Origin: Hydrolagus colliei | Lineage: Eukaryota | Direction of reading: 5' to 3' | Length of the DNA: 64,000 nucleotides | Assembly (NCBI GenBank): GCA_035084275.1 | Contig: CM068743.1 | Location: 79,608,001-79,672,000 of the forward strand | Shown here: piece by piece, positions 60,459-64,000 of the stretch | How the letters are laid out: every line of letters starts with the position of its first letter | How positions within the stretch are numbered: the first letter of the stretch is position 1 | Notes under the pieces: model-generated | The model's database searches: none | What the model was told of the DNA's origin: nothing | Seen by the model: only the letters and a program-made list of their open reading frames with translations | Position numbers and translations under genes: made by a program

Positions 60459-63400
60459 CTAGTCAGGAACCAGAGCAGTGTGAGACACAGGACGTTTAAT
60501 TTGACGCCGTTTTTATTCTCTCTCTCCCTAAGCTACACTGGCGAACTCCAATCAAGGGGACAAGAACAAATGAATGCACCATGCACTGAATCCAAAGGAG
60601 AGAGAGAAATTGGAAGGGGTGAGGGCACCCTGGATTCTAGGCTGCCTCCTCCTCCACTGTTTCCCTCATTGCTCCTCTTATCAGCCATTCCTTGGAGTTT
60701 CGGGTTTTCTCGGGAGGGGGGGGAGGGGGGGGGGGGGGGGGAGGGGAATGAGGAAAACAAGAAGGCCTTGAAGCGTGAGGTCAAGGGTTAAAAAAAATGC
60801 CACAGGGAGGAACATGTCGTAACTCAACCCTGTCCTCCCTTCCAGGAGTACTGATAATGCTATAAATAGCAATAAGGTTCCAGTCACTATCCGTTCAAGC
60901 TTCACACAATTCCCATCAGCCGAAAAGGTTGATCCTCGGTCATTGAAAGGACACAGTGGAACTGGAAGATGAAGAGACGGAACATAGTCTGACTGTACAG
61001 CAGGGTTGGTTTGAGGGTAGTTTCTGGGGTGGGCAGTTTGGTAGTTTAGTTGGATCATGGTCGGGGAAGGTGTGGGAAACGGGAGAGGAAGGAAGGAGGG
61101 AGATGGAAAATGTGGAGGAGAAGGGAGGGACGGAGGGAAGAGGGAATGGTTCAAAAATAAAGCAATGTCTAAAATTAATTGAAATTTACCATATGAAAAA
61201 AAATGGAATTGAAATGAAAAAAAGTGCTTCTGTCTTTGTACTGTATTGAACTTTGCGTGCATTCCCTCAGCAGCCCATTGGTTGGTTGTGATCAGGCACT
61301 GGTTGCAAGTCATTGGCAAATCAGTACCTGATTGTGCCCATTGGTGCTCAGTATCAAAGGACATGACTCAGAGAGGAATTTATGAGTGACTGAAAATGAT
61401 AACAGAACAGACAGAACAATGAACAGTGTTACAATCCACTTTAACCGCCTTTTATCGCACTTCAAGGTTTTCGCCACTAAAGGCCAGGATGGTAAATAAA
61501 TGCCAAAGCTTTGCTGAAAAAGAAGGCAGTGAATGGCAGGTCAAGTATCCCACAGAAAAACAAGTCAATAGTATCTAAGTCAAGAAATGGCATTTCTTTA
61601 TTCTGCAAGTGGATAATGCTAAACCACTCATCTGATTTTAAAAAAAATAATAACGTGCAATCTTTGGGCAGAATTAGAAGCAAACCCCATTCTGGTAATA
61701 GATGTTTTGTCTTGCTTTCATGTCATGTCAGAGTCACAGCGAGTATAGTAATTCAGTGAAGCAATAGTACAGCACCATGCACAGTAACTGCTATATTCTT
61801 ACTGCTGCAGAAGTGAGCCAAAGTCCAGAGGAGGAGGAAGAGAAAGCAAATGGATGGAGGCAGAAACTGGGAGTCCCAGATCAGTGCAAGAGGAAGAGTG
61901 AGTATAAAGTGTAGTGGCAGAGTATAAAAAGGGAGCATAAAGTACAGTATAAAGAAGGCAAAGCAGAGAGGGCAATATGCATTCAAGAGCTGTAATGGTA
62001 ATGAAGGGACACGCATACGTTGGGATCCATTGTGCAAATTGTGAAAATCATGTATGAATGGGTGCATATTATGCACCATGTGCAAAACCCATGTGCAGGA
62101 ATTTATGGAAGGTCTTGATCATGCTATTAAAATCTAATCCAATTTATTTGTTAATTCCATAAGGATACCCAACATTGTCTGTGCACTTACTGCTTGTATG
62201 TGGTTCACACAACATGCATCATAGACGGCACTGAGATAAGTAAGAGACAGACCAATGACAGGAATGTGCAGTTTGGTGAGAACTTTAGGGATCGCGAAGA
62301 ATGTGGAGGTGGTGGGGGAGGGTGGTTCTATTGGAATTTAACCAGCTAAAACCATGAGAATTTCCATTTGTCTAGCTTGGGTTAACCAACTATTAGGGTA
62401 GGCTTGCAGGGGTAACACTATCTGAGTAGGGTGAATTCCTGTCCCTGGTCTACACTTCAAAATCATCCTGATGAGCCAATCTGTTGATTTGTCGTCAACA
62501 TTACCTTGGCTGAATTGGACAACTGGAACTTGCAAAGGTAACAGGGAAAGGGTTGAAATTTGTAGTGGGCAGAAAGGAAGCATGAATTGCGGGAAGAGGC
62601 AGGAACAGAAGGATAACGATAGGAACGCAAGCCACAAAAGGAAAGGCAATATAAAATAAACACTTTATTACATCAAGAGTCTAATGACATTTACACACAT
62701 TATATGTATTTAAAATGATGCATCGGAAGAAGCCAAATGCGTCCAGAAAGAACATCAGAGCTTGCAAGTGTGGCTCTGGAGGTTTCCGACTCATTAATCA
62801 GATAGCATTGCGCAATTGATCTGCTGGATGTGATGCTGCTTTTGCTTGTTTTAACATAATATTGAGCAGATGATGCCAAGTATGCACGGATTAGAAATTA
62901 ACGCTAACCCACCTAGTGTTGGGTGGGGCGGTGTGGTAGGTGAAAAAGAGGAAATGGTGAGGTAAACTGATAACAATCCCGGATGCAATCGGCAACATAG
63001 AAGCAATGTGATACACAAAGGGCCAACTGGAAGCAGGGCAGACTCACCTCCACAAAACAGCAAATGCACCACAAGTGAGAGCAGGGTTGAAAGGGAAGCC
63101 TGAGTATTGCAAGGTGACATGTCCTGTGTTGACCTCTGCCCCATGATCTCTGAACTCATTCAACCGCCGCACGCTCACTCGCAATGCATGTGACCAGGTT
63201 CAACCAGAGTGCACCTTGCTCCATCAGATACTCTGGGAGTGAGGTAGGGAAGGGGGGAGGGGGGATTCTTTTCAGACTAAAGCTGGAGTTGGACACGAGT
63301 ATGGAAATTATTCCTCCTGTGCTAGTGCTGCCCGGAATGCCAGGTCGGAATTTCAACCCTCAGAGCCTTCCAGAACAAGTTGGATACCGGATGATCGATC

Positions 63401-63504
63401 GCTATGCCCGGAAAGAAGGTCAATGACACATCAAAACACAAACATCCATACGTGTGTGTACATACATTTACATGCATATGTAGAGTAGCCCAGTTGGTGA
63501 TCAA

Positions 63505-63865
63505 TAAGATAGGAAAACAGGAACAGGAGGAGGCCATTCAGCCCCCCGAATCTGTTCCACCAATTTATCAGATCATGGCAGATCTTTTAATTCCAATACT
63601 CTACCCTTGCACCATTGTCTCTACACCAAAGCATCTGTCTATCTCTTTTAAACAATCCCCATTGGTTCCATCTTTACAGATTTTTGGTGCAGAGTGGTGC
63701 AAACCTACACAATCCTCTGTGTGAAGAAATACTTTCTGACCTAATTTCACACCATCTTGGCTCTGATTTTAAGACTCTAATCCCTCGTAATGGATCCCTC
63801 TACCAAATGGAAGAGCTATCTACTTTCTAACTTGTTTATTCCTTCCATTATTTTGAATACAAGTG
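63505..63865 (-). mobile_element. CR1 LINE 3' fragment
   Basis: ggaacaggaggaggccattcagcccc...gatcatggcagatctt...cctctgtgtgaagaaat: reverse complement of the CR1 subfamily at 44820. Confidence 0.7.
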
Positions 63866-64000
63866 ACTTAACCATCTCCCTCTGTAGCCTGAAGTTGCTT
63901 CGGTCAATAGTATTTAAAATAAGCTTTGGCCAGCATTATCTGTCTTGCTACAGGGAGAGATTGAACTTGGAAACATCTTGGTTTGAACATTGTGTATTCA

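Noticed and set aside
60681-61364. 227-aa minus-strand ORF and poly-G run
   Set aside because: Low-complexity P/S/L/F sequence including a degenerate L2 3' end; no domain and no coherent splice structure.
61270-62270. Clustered CCAAT/GATA/GGAATG motifs as an intronic promoter or enhancer
   Set aside because: Short motifs at this density are expected by chance; cannot be supported without conservation or chromatin data.

Overview
Vertebrate genomic DNA. The repeat landscape (L2 and CR1 LINEs, tRNA-headed and Deu-domain SINEs, hAT and pogo elements) suggests a cartilaginous fish, possibly a holocephalan; this is inference. The whole window lies inside one minus-strand gene, the adhesion GPCR ADGRB1 (BAI1). 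I traced 15 internal coding exons (60458 down to 9918, 1876 nt in total). All have GT-AG boundaries and phases that join into one open frame: TSR1, linker, TSR2-5, hormone-receptor motif (HRM) and most of the GAIN domain. The N-terminal exons, the GPS exon and the 7TM exons are outside the window. Introns are filled with transposable elements, including a young, internally deleted hAT transposon with a BED-finger ORF. Almost all other long ORFs in the track are LINE reverse-transcriptase fragments, their antisense shadows or low-complexity sequence. The most interesting observations concern splicing: degenerate duplicate TSR exon relics, a candidate 12-nt in-frame microexon, a MITE inserted beside a branch point, and inverted L2 copies flanking a frame-symmetric exon block. 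I found no independent novel multi-gene system.
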